A stretch of DNA of 64,000 nucleotides from Octopus bimaculoides (GCF_001194135.2 NC_068985.1:126508196-126572195), one strand, 5' to 3'; counted from the stretch's first letter, positions 38,357 to 50,440 are shown. Made by a program: numbers and translations. The notes: a model not told the origin generated them from the sequence alone.

Positions 38357-40281
38357 TCTCTCTCTCTCTCTCTCTCTGTATATATATATATATATATATA
38401 TGGATATATATATATATATATATGTATANNNNNNNNNNNNNNNNNNNNNNNNNNNNNNNNNNNNNNNNNNNNNNNNNNNNNNNNNNNNNNNNNNNNNNNN
38501 NNNNNNNNNNNNNNNNNNNNNNNNNNNNNNNNNNNNNNNNNNNNNNNNNNNNNNNNNNNNNNNNNNNNNNNNNNNNNNNNNNNNNNNNNNNNNNNNNNNN
38601 NNNNNNNNNNNNNNNNNNNNNNNNNNNNNNNNNNNNNNNNNNNNNNNNNNNNNNNNNNNNNNNNNNNNNNNNNNNNNNNNNNNNNNNNNNNNNNNNNNNN
38701 NNNNNNNNNNNNNNNNNNNNNNNNNNNNNNNNNNNNNNNNNNNNNNNNNNNNNNNNNNNNNNNNNNNNNNNNNNNNNNNNNNNNNNNNNNNNNNNNNNNN
38801 NNNNNNNNNNNNNNNNNNNNNNNNNNNNNNNNNNNNNNNNNNNNNNNNNNNNNNNNNNNNNNNNNNNNNNNNNNNNNNNNNNNNNNNNNNNNNNNNNNNN
38901 NNNNNNNNNNNNNNNNNNNNNNNNNNNNNNNNNNNNNNNNNNNNNNNNNNNNNNNNNNNNNNNNNNNNNNNNNNNNNNNNNNNNNNNNNNNNNNNNNNNN
39001 NNNNNNNNNNNNNNNNNNNNNNNNNNNNNNNNNNNNNNNNNNNNNNATATATATATATATATATATACATACACACACACGCATACAGACACACACACAC
39101 ATATATATGCGTGAGTGTATATACACATATATATGTGTGTGTGTGCATGCGCACGCACACTTGTAATCATATGTCGTCCGATGACAACATCTGCGGAGAA
39201 ACTTGGATAACTTTAGTTGATTGAATCTTGTCATTTCACTGTATAGCATACGTGAGACACTATAGTGTTGGTATTTATTATGCTATTCAGAGCACTCTGA
39301 CGTTGTATTTTCTATCGTTTTTAAATATATATATATATATTGTATGCACTCAACAAGATTTTGACGACTACACTATTTCCATATCTCCACGCCACCCCAG
39401 TTTCACTGAAGAATAACACAGGTCGAACGGCTTTTGAAGATATTTACGTTTCACGTCGATGACTCACTTGGGTTAGGATGGGTGTAATCTGTTTACTTTA
39501 TTTATTTTATTTATTTTATTTATTTATTGGTTTCATTGTTTTAAATCGCTTCACATCACCAAACATTTCGGTCAACCAGTTAAATATTCTCAAGCAATCG
39601 TGCAAATCTTATTGCCGTTCCTTAAAAATCCTTTCTTGTTTGTCATTTTCTTTATAGATACATACGTGCATGCATATATACACATACATATTTACACATA
39701 TACAAACGCGTATATATACATATAATACATATATATATATATATANNNNNNNNNNNNNNNNNNNNNNNNNNNNNNNNNNNNNNNNNNNNNNNNNNNNNNN
39801 NNNNNNNNNNNNNNNNNNNNNNNNNNNNNNNNNNNNNNNNNNNNNNNNNNNNNNNNNNNNNNNNNNNNNNNNNNNNNNNNNNNNNNNNNNNNNNNNNNNN
39901 NNNNNNNNNNNNNNNNNNNNNNNNNNNNNNNNNNNNNNNNNNNNNNNNNNNNNNNNNNNNNNNNNNNNNNNNNNNNNNNNNNNNNNNNNNNNNNNNNNNN
40001 NNNNNNNNNNNNNNNNNNNNNNNNNNNNNNNNNNNNNNNNNNNNNNNNNNNNNNNNNNNNNNNNNNNNNNNNNNNNNNNNNNNNNNNNNNNNNNNNNNNN
40101 NNNNNNNNNNNNNNNNNNNNNNNNNNNNNNNNNNNNNNNNNNNNNNNNNNNNNNNNNNNNNNNNNNNNNNNNNNNNNNNNNNNNNNNNNNNNNNNNNNNN
40201 NNNNNNNNNNNNNNNNNNNNNNNNNNNNNNNNNNNNNNNNNNNNNNNNNNNNNNNNNNNNNNNNNNNNNNNNNNNNNNNNN

Positions 40282-40316
<35 letters not shown>

Positions 40317-40847
40317 ATATTGTTGTATCTCGTGAGGATCACTATGCCCACGATAAACACATGCACAGCTTTTATTTCACTTATTCTTATTTGTCAATTG
40401 CTTAACCATTTAACCAATTAACTAATTGATTGTTTGATTAATCATTTAGTCACTCAATCAGCTAGGTTTTTCAAAGTTCTTTCGTCGCCATTTGTGATCT
40501 CATCAACGACATGATCTGTGATCAGAAGCAGGCTTGGCGTAGAGACAACATATCAATAATGGGGTTGCGAATGGCAACAAAACAACTTTGATCAATCTGG
40601 GTGATTGATCAGTTAATTGGTTTCATGGTTAACCAAATTACAAGAATAAAGAATTGTAACGAAAGCAGTACGTGTTTATTGTTGGCATAACGACCCTCCT
40701 AAAATACAACAAACTATATTTCAACGCTGGAGCTTGCATCAAAAATCTTGCAAACCAAATACAAAAACGAAATATGTGTATATGTACAAGCGCGCGAGCA
40801 AACGCACACACATACACAAACTCAGACATACAAACACACACACACAC

Positions 40848-41583
40848 GCCCAGCTACCAACAGACTGTGTCCTCCACTATCCATGACATCATCTCCTTCT
40901 CCCGTCCCCCTACCGCCTCTAACCTCATTGTCCGCACCCCTCGCTCCCCTACAATTTACTTCCTTCCCAAAATCTACAAACCTAACAACCCTGGCCGTCC
41001 CATCGGCGCCGCCTGCAACTGCCCCACCGAACTCATCTCCAGATATTTTGACCGTGTCCTTACCTCCCCTTAGTGGCTTCCCTCCCCTCTCACATCCATG
41101 ACACCAACCATGCTCTTCGTTTGTTCAACTCTTTCTCCTTCCCTCTTAGCTCCTCTAAACTTGTCTTCACTCTTGACATCCAGAGCCTATACACGGTGAT
41201 CCCTCACCACGAGGGGCTGCGTACACTAAAACATTTCCTTGACCTTCGACCCAATCCCCAGCCTGATACATCCACACTCCTTTGTCTGGTCGAACTTGTC
41301 CTCTAACTTAACTGGTTCTCACTCGCGGGTGAGTTTTACCAGCAGTGTCTCGGGAGTGGCCATGGGAACGAGAATGGGCCCCGACTATGCGAACCTGTTC
41401 GTTGGGTACGTTGAGGCCCAAATATTCTCAAGTTTCACTGGTCCCACTCCCGAACTATACGGTCGTTATATTGACGACTGTATCGGTGCGACCTCCCCCT
41501 CCCGCGAACATCTCGACTCCTTCCTCTCTTTTGTCCAATCTTTCCATCTTGCCCTCCACTTCTCCTGCATTATTTCCGACACT
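40848..41583 (+). mobile_element. Penelope-like element RT fragment (Neptune-like), frameshifted
   Basis: YFLPKIYKP..PGRPI, FTLDIQSLYTVIPH, GVAMGTRMGPDYANLFVG, YGRYIDDCIG motifs; C-rich composition. Confidence 0.9.
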
Positions 41584-41882
41584 GCCGAAAGTTCCTTGTC
41601 ATGAACAGCCTGATAATGCTCCTGTGAATTAGTTGGTAACGACAGGAATAGTATATATATGTTAAAACCTGGTGCAGATCTCAATATACGTATGTTTCTG
41701 AAAGACGGGTGAATTGCGTACAGAGCGAGAGTGGCAATAAGTAAAGAGAGGACGAAAGAATAAACGATTATCTTTTGAGCTAATGAAGTTCAAAAGATAA
41801 TCCTTTATTCTTTGTCATCTCTTTTCTTTTATACATATATATATATAAAGAGAGAGAGTGAGTGAGAGAGAGAGAGAGAGAG

Positions 41883-41929
<47 letters not shown>

Positions 41930-41934
<5 letters not shown>

Positions 41935-42760
41935 TCTGATCTACATGTGAGTCAATGGGCAGACAAAAGCAAAATGCAACCAAGCGAGGGAAAATTTGAG
42001 CTGATGCATTTTGGAAGAAAGACCATGCTAAAACAGCCATACATGCTTCCTTCAGAGGAACCGCTCACAGCAACTAATAACATCAGAGACCTCGGAGTAA
42101 TTGTTGATAACAATCTCAGCTGGAGTGCCCACATCAACAATAAGGTCGATATAGCTCGTAGGATGAGTTCCTGGATCCTAAGAACCTCCCGGTCCAGAGA
42201 GCAAGATGTCATCATCCCTCTTTTCTTCTTTGTACGGCCACACCTTGAATGCTGATACCCCTTGTAGTCCTCCCTACCATACAAAACAAAACATCTCAAA
42301 AACTGAATCACTCCAGAGGTCATTCACTAAAAGAATTAAGGGCACGACTGATCTCGATTATTGGGACCACCTTAAAGCATTGAAACTCTGTTCTCTCCAT
42401 CGCCGCCATGGGCGCTACATCATTTGCACGATGTGGAAAATATACCTCCAGCATTGCCCAAACGACCTCAACATTATCTTCAAAATTCATCCAAGGCTAA
42501 GACCACGAGCCATACGTCCCCTACCAAATTCAGGATCACAACACATAAATACACTGCAACACAATTTCTTTTCTTGAACAGGCCCTGTCCTATTTAACAT
42601 TGTCCTGAAACAGATCAAAGAGGAAAAGGATCTCATTACCTTTAAACGGAATCTGGACAAATTTCTTCAAGGAATACCAGATAAGCCACCTATATCTGGA
42701 TACAACTCACTCAACAAGAACTCCCTACTCGAATGGACCTTGACACCACAAAACTTAACA
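41930..42760 (+). mobile_element. CR1-clade LINE 3' remnant
   Basis: IRDLGVIVDNNLSWSAHI, RPHLE, ESLQRSFTKRI..LDYWDHLKALKLCSL, FKRNLDKFL. Confidence 0.88.
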
Positions 42761-43005
42761 TAAAAAGGATTTAACTAATCCTATCAGGTACTTCCCAGCC
42801 ACATGGTTTCGGGTTCAGTGGCACCTTGGGCACCCAAAGCATTGTGAGCGGATTTTATACACGGAAATTGAAAGAAGCTCTTGTANNNNNNNNNNTGATT
42901 TGGGTATGTTTACAGTTTGGCATAAAAGACCGATAGAATAAGTATCAGGCTTTTATTTACATAATTCACATTTGACGGATATTTGTCCTCATCTTGTTTG
43001 TTGTC

Positions 43006-43051
43006 AAGGCAACGTTTCGGTTGATATACCCTCCAGCCTTCATCAGGTGTC
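43006..43051 (-). ncRNA. Hammerhead ribozyme motif in PLE pLTR (core intact, stem I weakened)
   Basis: GACAC-CTGATGA-A-GGCTG-loop-CAACC-GAAA-CG-TT-GCCTT. Confidence 0.7.
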
Positions 43052-43131
43052 TTGGGGAAATTTCGAACCTAGGTTCTCATTCCTAAGGGATTTTTTGATA
43101 TTGTTGTTGTTGCTGTTGTTGTTATTATTCA

Positions 43132-43200
43132 GGTCACTGCCTGGAATTGAACTCAGAATCTTGGGGTTAGTAGCCCGCGCTCTTAACCACTACGTGGACA
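43132..43200 (-). promoter_or_regulatory. tRNA-like segment with Pol III A/B-box-like motifs in the PLE 3'UTR
   Basis: ..cgtagtggttaagagcgcgggctactaaccccaagattctGAGTTCAATTCCaggcagtgacc, located between the ORF stop (~43222) and the HHR. Confidence 0.55.
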
Positions 43201-44284
43201 ATTATGGAGTGAATTTTTAGGGTTTATAAATCTAATATTTTCCTCTCCTTCCTTAATACTGGTTTCCATATGCTATTCATATCTGCACTCGGCTTGCTTA
43301 GGAGGTTGTTGTGTCTTAGCATATGTGCTGCTTCTTTTAGTTTTCGTATTTTCCAGTGTGTTCTCTGACTATTATTTTAACTTCATCCAATGGAGGGGGG
43401 GGTCTCCATTTTTCTATACATGATCAGCTATACCCGATTTATCAATATCTCCTCGTGTCACAGCTTTGCGATGTTCGTCTACCCTTATTTTAAGGGGGCG
43501 GTATGTTTTGCCTTTGTATAACTTACCACAGCTGCATGGGATGGAGTACACGCAGTCTTTGGTCATATTCTCTTCTGTTGGTGGTTTTACCCGAAGGAGA
43601 TATTTGCGAAGTGTTGTATTACTCTTGAATACCGTCCTGATGTCATATGGGCCACATATCTTTTGTATCTTTTCGGAGAGGCCTTTCACATAGGGTAGAC
43701 AGACTGGGGACAGTTTATTGGCCTCGTCCTCTCTCTTCTTCATAATCGGAGTGGATAGAATACTTTTGGGGTTGTTGTTGCTTAACAGATCGTTATTGAG
43801 CTTGATCATTTCTTCATGGTGTGTATCACGATCGCTACTTATGTTCTTTGCACGATGTTTTAGCTACTGAGCAGTCTCTCTCTTCACACTGTATGGTGGG
43901 AATTGAAGTTAAGGTATCGTCCAGTGAAGGTCGGCTTGCGGTATATGGATGTCCTGAATCCATACTTGGTGGGTGTTATTAATACGAGGAATGTCAGCTG
44001 ATTGTCTTTTTTCTTTTTCCATTGTGAACTGTATGGATGGCTTTATTGAGTTCTCATGCTCAAACAACACTTGGACATCTTCCTGGTGGGGCCAGAGTAT
44101 AAAAGTGTCATCAACACTACTAAAACCAACCCTATGGCTGCGATATGTTGATGACACCTTTATACTCTAGACCCAGCAGGAAGATGTCCAAGTGTTGTTA
44201 GATCATGTGAACTCAATAAACAACAGCAACAACAACATCGAAAACTACCTTAGGAATGAGAACCCAGGTTCGAAATTTCCCCAA

Positions 44285-44330
44285 GACACCTGATGAAAGC
44301 TGGAGGGTATATCAGCTGAAACATTGTGTT
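44285..44330 (+). ncRNA. Hammerhead ribozyme motif in inverted pLTR (stem III CG to CA)
   Basis: GACAC-CTGATGA-A-AGCTG-loop-CAGCT-GAAA-CA-TT-GTGTT; stems I and II fully paired (stem I includes one G-U). Confidence 0.7.
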
Positions 44331-44594
44331 AACAACAAACAAGATGAGGACAAATATCCGTCAAATGTGAATAATGTAAATAATGTAAATAATGTACATA
44401 ATTCCTCATCTCTTAAATATGGAACTGAAGTACCAGGCTTATAAAAAAAAGTACTGGAGTCGATGCATTCGACTAAAAATTCTTCAAGGCTTGCCCCAGC
44501 ATGGCCGCAGTCAAATGATTGAAACAAGTAAAAGATAAAAACTAAAAAATACATACATACATACAGAGAGAGAGGGGGGGCGAGGGGAGAGTTG

Positions 44595-44985
44595 GCAAGG
44601 CTGTGTGATTAAGAAGTTAAGAAGCTCGCTTTGCAACCACGTGGCTCAGTCCCACACCACGGTACTTGCCTTCTACTATAACCCCGGACTAATCAATGCC
44701 TTCTGAGTGAATTTAGTAGACGCAAACTGTGTAGAAACTCGTCGTACATAATATGTGTGTGTCTTTGTGCATGTATTTGTCCCATCACCACCAGCGTTTG
44801 TTAACCAGTGTTGGTTTGTTTACGTCTCCGTAAATTAGCCGTTCGGTGAAAGGATCCGATAGAATGCGTATCAGACTTTGAAAAATAAATTGCTATCGGG
44901 GTCGATATAATCGACTAAACCCTCATAAGCGTTGCCTCGCTTGTCCGCAGTCCAAGGACAAACAAGTAAAATATAAAAGAAAAGA
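44595..44985 (+). mobile_element. SINE family B, diverged full-length copy
   Basis: Head aggctgtgtgattaagaag, central ..ttctactata.ccc, tail aacaagtaaaa. Confidence 0.75.
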
Positions 44986-45541
44986 TGAAAGAGATGTATA
45001 TGTGGATAAGTGCATGTGTAGGTATGGGTGTGTGTAGGGGCATATGTATTTCTCTGTTAACCTCTTTTGTTATTACACCGCACACAAAACCACATTAAAT
45101 ACAGTTTCACATGTGCACTCTTTCACCTATATAAGCACGGACATTATTTCTCTATTAACACAAATACTTTTCATACATGAACATACAAACATCGTCGACT
45201 CTTTTATCTACACACCATTAGGCGGTTGCTGCCCCGCCTGTAGACTTTGGTTCGCGCTGTTGTAACGCGAACCGAAGTCTGCAGGCGTGGCAACACTATT
45301 TCTAGCAAAAAAAGAAGTAAATAAATAAAATAAGTGATGATCGCGGCCTGCATGCCTTCGACCATGAGTGTTTGTTCGCTCATGTCTGATCTGGAGTTAA
45401 ACAACAGCAATAACACGCATGACTTACTCTTTTTTCTGTCTTTATGTACTTAATGGAGTTAATAAGTGGAAAAAGAATGAGTGAGAATGTGTGTGCGTGT
45501 GTGTCTGTGTGTATCTGTGAGTGTGTGTGCGTGCGTGTGCA

Positions 45542-45615
<74 letters not shown>

Positions 45616-45666
45616 TTTCATTGCAAATTACTACTATAGGCACAATGCTTAGCAAGGAATAATAAC

Positions 45667-45716
<50 letters not shown>

Positions 45717-45730
45717 TAATAATAATAATG

Positions 45731-46215
45731 TTTTGTTTATTAACTCCTAAGGGAACGACAAATGCAGAATATGCAGTGAGAGAAGTGAAACAGTGTGGAA
45801 CATTGTAAGTAAATGCCCGTAATTGATACAATGCAAATGCAAAAAAGGCGACATGAGAATGTAGCAAGAATGATAGTTTGGGAACTTTGTGGAAATTATG
45901 GCCTAGAAAGATCGAAGAAGTACCCAATCCCTGAAGGAGTTATAGAGAATAAGGATTGTGAAATCCTGTGGAATACAATGATTCAGTGTGACCATCAGAT
46001 TAAACATCGGAAACCCGACATTGTGCTTAACAGAAAAGTAAAAAGCTGCCAGATAACTGACATAGCACGTCCCGGTGATAACAGGTTTGAAGACAAAGAA
46101 GAAAAAATGAGCAACTATGATGAACTGAAGTGGGAAATAAGCAGGTTGTGGACAATGAAGAAAGTGGACGGGATACCAATTGCGATTGGTGCGCTTGGAA
46201 GTATCAGTACCCAGC

Positions 46216-46295
<80 letters not shown>

Positions 46296-46565
46296 GTAAT
46301 AATAATAATAATAATAAAAATAATAACCTAGTGGTGGTCGACAAGATGCACCACATGTGCTATATAGTTGATGTCGTGTGCCCCTCTGACCCACGAACAG
46401 TCAAGAAGGAAGGTGAAAAAAATGGATAAATACAACCCTCTTAAGTACGAAATAGTCCGGCTATGGAAAATGAAGAAGATGAAGACAGCACCAATTATTG
46501 TTGGGTCCTTGGGGACAGTGTCAGAAGACATCAAGTGTTATACAAAGGAAATTGGAATTTGTGGG
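45731..46565 (+). mobile_element. Two R4/Dong-like RLE-LINE fragments embedded in (AAT)n
   Basis: 45731-46217: CRICSERSETV, RHENVARM, RKPDIVL, DIARPGD, PIAIGALG. 46326-46565: VDVVCPSD, PIIVGSLGTV. (AAT)n at 45660-45730 and 46218-46325. Confidence 0.85.
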
Positions 46566-46735
46566 AAAAGCGCTAGTCGATTACATCGACCCCAGTGCTT
46601 AACTGGTAGCTAATTTCATCGACCCCGAAAGCTGAAAGGCAAAGTCGACCTCGACAGAATTTGAACTCAGAATGTGAAGAGATGGAAGAAATGCCTCTAA
46701 GCAGTTTGTCTGGTGCGGTAACGATTCTGCCAATT
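46565..46735 (-). mobile_element. SINE family A
   Basis: Reverse-complement central domain and head. Confidence 0.8.
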
Positions 46736-46964
46736 CTACATGAGACCAGATATAACAGTAGAAGTGTAAAAAAAAAAACAACTGAAAATAATGAGAATGT
46801 AAGACCGTAGACTTTGCAGCACCATATCCCAGTGGAATGGATATCGGAGAAACTGAGAAACATCAAAACCTAGTTACAGATGTGAAGCGAATGAGGATGG
46901 GAGCGCAATGGAATGTAAACGCAGATTACAAAGGGACAGTATTGAAATACTATTTTTTCGGTGC

Positions 46965-47094
46965 GTTCGCCGAGGTCGACTTTGCCTTCCATCCTTTTGG
47001 GATCGATTAAATAAATACCAGTTAAGCAGTGGGCTTGATGCAATCATCTAGCCTCTTCCCTCAAATTGCAAGCCTTGTACCTTTAGTAGGAAGG

Positions 47095-47159
<65 letters not shown>

Positions 47160-47559
47160 CATTATTATCATCATCATCATCAAGGCGGTGAGCTGGCAGA
47201 ATCGTCAGCATGCCAGGTGAAATGCTTAGCGGTATTTCGTCTGTCTTTACGTTCTGAGTTCAAATTCTGCCGAGGTCGAATTTGCCTTTCATCCTCTCGG
47301 GGTCGATAAATTAAGTACCAGCTGCGTATCGAGGTCGATCTAATAGACTGGTCCCCTCCAACCAAATTTCAGGCCTTGTGCCTATGGTAGGAAGGATTAT
47401 TATTATTAGTAGTAGTAGTAGTAGTAGTAGCATGAGTTCAAATTTCGCTGAGGTCGACTTTGCCTTTCATCCTTTCGGGATCGATTAAATAAGTACCACT
47501 TACGCGTTGGGGTCGATGTAATCGACTTAATCCTCTCCCCTTGCAGCAAAAATTTGAAA

Positions 47560-47593
<34 letters not shown>

Positions 47594-48040
47594 GACGGTA
47601 ATCTATAAGAATCGTTCGCACGGTTAGCGGCATTGCGTCTGTCTTATGTTCAGAGTTCAAAATCTGCTGAGGTCGACTTTGATTTTCATCCGCTCGAAGT
47701 CGATAAAATAAGTACCAGTTCAACACTGGAGTCAATGAAATTGACTAGCCTCATCTCCCAAAATTTCAGATTTTGTGTCTATAGTAGAAAGGCTTATTAT
47801 TATTAATATTATAGTCGTTGTTTATAAGGAAGGCGAGCTAGTAGAATCGTTAGCACGCTGGACAAAATGCTTAGTGGTGTTTCATCCGTCTTTACGTTGT
47901 GAGTTCAAATTCCGCCGAAGTCGACTGTGCCTTCTATCCTTTCAGTGTCGATAAAATAAGTACCAGTTGAGTACAGGGGTGTTTATGTCATCGACCATCC
48001 CCTCCCCAAGAAATTGCTGACCTTGTGTCAAAATTAGAAA
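46965..48040 (+). mobile_element. Five head-to-tail SINE family A copies separated by (ATT)n/(AGT)n tails
   Basis: Copies at ~46965-47095, 47182-47395, 47432-47562, 47592-47795, 47828-48040. Confidence 0.88.
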
Positions 48041-48682
48041 CTGTTGTTGTTGTTGTTGCTGCTGTTGCTGTTGTCACTGTTTCTCTCCAACCATAGCAAA
48101 TTGTTTGCAATTTGCGAGTCGACCATGAATCCACAACAGTCTGTGTGAGACGGTTTAATGGAGCAGTACGTAACGTAAGTCATGGTTGAATTCCAAAGAA
48201 TTAGAGAGCGGGATATTAAAAAGCTAGGCGAGTGGCGTCAGAGCAAATTATGTACAAATGGTTTAATGTTGCTTAGGAGACACTAAGGGCTAAAAAACTG
48301 AAAAACAAGAAAAAGGAATCTGAAAGGTGGGGCAACATCTACATATCGTGTAACTTTGTTTGCTTTAATTGTCTCTGTATGTATAGATGTGTATTTACAT
48401 ACACACGCACATAACCACTCAGACATCTAAACCCACCCACACACATTCTCTCTCTCTCACACACACACACAAACAACCACATACACATGCACACGCACAC
48501 GCATGCACATACATACACAGTCTTTACGTCATAAGAATTTAGAAACTTCGAGAGACGTGAAACAATCAGCTTTTAACGGTAAAACTCGAAGTAGATAAAG
48601 CTATAAACGTAATCATTTATGTATGCCTCTGTGTGTGCGCGTGCGCGCGAGCATGCGCGTGTGTGTGTGTGTGTGTGTGTGT

Positions 48683-48766
48683 ATCAGAATGGCTGAGCGG
48701 CCTAAGGTGCCAGACTTAAGTTTTGGCACACAAATGTGGGCGCGTGTTCGGATCCCACTTCTGGCA
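48683..48766 (+). tRNA. tRNA-Leu(TAA) pseudogene
   Basis: Leu-type cloverleaf: anticodon arm CCAGA-CTTAAGT-TTTGG, long variable arm, acceptor ATCAGAA/TTCTGGC; T-stem has two mismatches and the B-box reads GTTCGGATCC; T8 run at 48772-48779. Confidence 0.8.
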
Positions 48767-48784
48767 GATAATTTTTTTTATAGC

Positions 48785-49085
48785 CGCAAGCGTGTCTGTG
48801 TAGTAAGAAGTTTGCTTCCCAACCACATGGTTCCGATTTCAATTCCACTTAGCGGCACTTTGGGCAAATGTCTTCTACTATAGCCTCAGGCCAACCAAAG
48901 CTTGTGGATTAGGTAGACAGAAACTGAAAGAAGCCCATCGTGTGTGTGTGTTTGTCTCCCACGACCGCTTGACAATCGGTGTTCATGTCTTTAGGTCCCG
49001 GTAACTTAGCGTTTCAGGCAAAGAGCCCGATGGAATAAGTATCAAGCTTAAAAAAAATATGAATACATTCGACTGAAAACTCTTA
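48785..49085 (+). mobile_element. SINE family B
   Basis: Head gtgtctgtgtagtaagaagtttgcttcccaaccacatgg, CORE-like ggcactttgggcaaatgtctt. Confidence 0.82.
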
Positions 49086-49160
49086 AATATGTACATATAG
49101 ATAGACTGTACTACGGCTGACACCGTAGTACATCTCCAGCGTTAGAGGCTGTGCAAAGGC

Positions 49161-49195
<35 letters not shown>

Positions 49196-49198
<3 letters not shown>

Positions 49199-50092
49199 TG
49201 ATGATGATGATTTCTTTATTAACCGCGAGGGTTGGACAGCACAGGAACAGCACAGGACAAAACAAAGTATGTGTGTGAGTGTGTGTTGTGAGGGTTTTGC
49301 GTGTAAACACGACTAACAAAATTTTTAAAAAAGGAAAGAAATCAACAATGTATAATCTTCAATAGGGAGGAGACGTTCGAGGACTGTTCATGGAAAAACC
49401 CCATAAATATTTTAAAAAATGGGCGCCCTGACTTTTGGGACTGGTGCCTTTTTTTCCTTTCAATTTTTCCAACTACAGGGCATCATTCTCGTCACTTTCA
49501 TCCACCTTTCAGCAAACTGGTTAGAAAACAACACTTCTCTCTCTGCCTTTATTTTCCTTTCCAAGTGAAACTTGAAGAAGTTTATCAGGGATTGACCAAA
49601 GGGAAACGTGTTTGACTTCAGCCCTTTCAATCTCGTCCACCATACAACCTCTTTCGCCATGGCCACCAGGCATATAAAACCGCCTTTCCTTCTCAGTTAA
49701 TGGAAGGCGGCGGGACTATTTTCACAATGGAGTCAATTAACAGCCGGATCCGTCCCACATGCGACAGTAAGTGTTCGATATAAACCCACAGGTCAGCAAT
49801 GCTCGGGCACTGGACGAGTGCATGCAGGTCCGTCGTCCTGTGAGCATCTCGTCGTCCTGTGAGCATCTCGTCGTCCTGTGAGCATCTCGGGCATGCTCGA
49901 CTGACAGCACTTCCGTACCTGTAAAGTTTATTATGAACAGGCAAAGATCCCCGGTAGCACTGCCAGGCCAGAGATTTTTGGAAATTATTCATTGGTCCCG
50001 GCCCGAAAGTTCTCCGGAAAAGGGCGACTAGCTGATCTTCTTCGACATCCAAGGTTTCCCTAAGAACGTCGTCGAACTTTTCCTCCACTAAT
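49196..50092 (-). mobile_element. L1/Tx1 LINE 3' remnant (zf-RVT region, 3'UTR, ATC tail), tail-to-tail with an R4-like 3' end (49100-49160)
   Basis: FQKSLAWQCYRGSLPV..CPRC..HALVQC; 3' end aataaagaaatc(ATC)n like the 5936-8007 copy. Confidence 0.85.
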
Positions 50093-50237
50093 CCTCTCTA
50101 AAAGATCAAATGGGCGTACCCCTTATCGCACTGTCTGATTGGCTGAGGGCTGTGGAGCGCTTGAAGGCATTCCACTTTCCAAATGCTCCCCCTCATAGTA
50201 ATAATAGTCATTCCAGTAGCTGTAGGGGTTAGGGTTA

Positions 50238-50440
50238 GGGAGCACTAACAACAAAATTCGAGAAATATGTCAGAGAAATTGGAATTGATATGAGAGCAGA
50301 GCAAGCTCCAAAAATATTTCTGCTGGGGACAGCTAGGGCTTGAGATAGGTACTTGGGTGTTGAATGTCTCCCACGATAATTAACAACCAAGTATCAACGC
50401 TTATAATGTGCTGAAAGAGACCCTTTGAGACCTCTGACAA
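50238..50440 (+). mobile_element. R4/Dong-like RLE-LINE C-terminal fragment
   Basis: GALTTKFEKYVREIGI..FLLGTAR. Confidence 0.6.

Larger units (their letters stand above)
42953..44427 (-). mobile_element. Penelope-like element (RT C-terminus + GIY-YIG) with inverted terminal pseudo-LTRs and 13-bp TSD
   Basis: VDDTFILW..SIQFTME (RT); LPYVKGLSEK..CVYSIPCSCGKLYKGKT..RVDEH (GIY-YIG, ORF 43414-43809); pLTR copies at ~42953-43130 (-) and 44221-44427 (+); TSD AAGTATCAGGCTT (42940-42952) / AAGTACCAGGCTT (44428-44440). Confidence 0.92.
42790..44545 (+). mobile_element. SINE family B split by a PLE insertion
   Basis: 5' part 42790-42952 and 3' part 44428-44545 join into a family B copy. Confidence 0.8.

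Noticed and set aside
50229-50240. Interstitial telomeric repeat (TTAGGG)2
   Set aside because: Only two units, overlapping the start of a LINE fragment; insufficient evidence.
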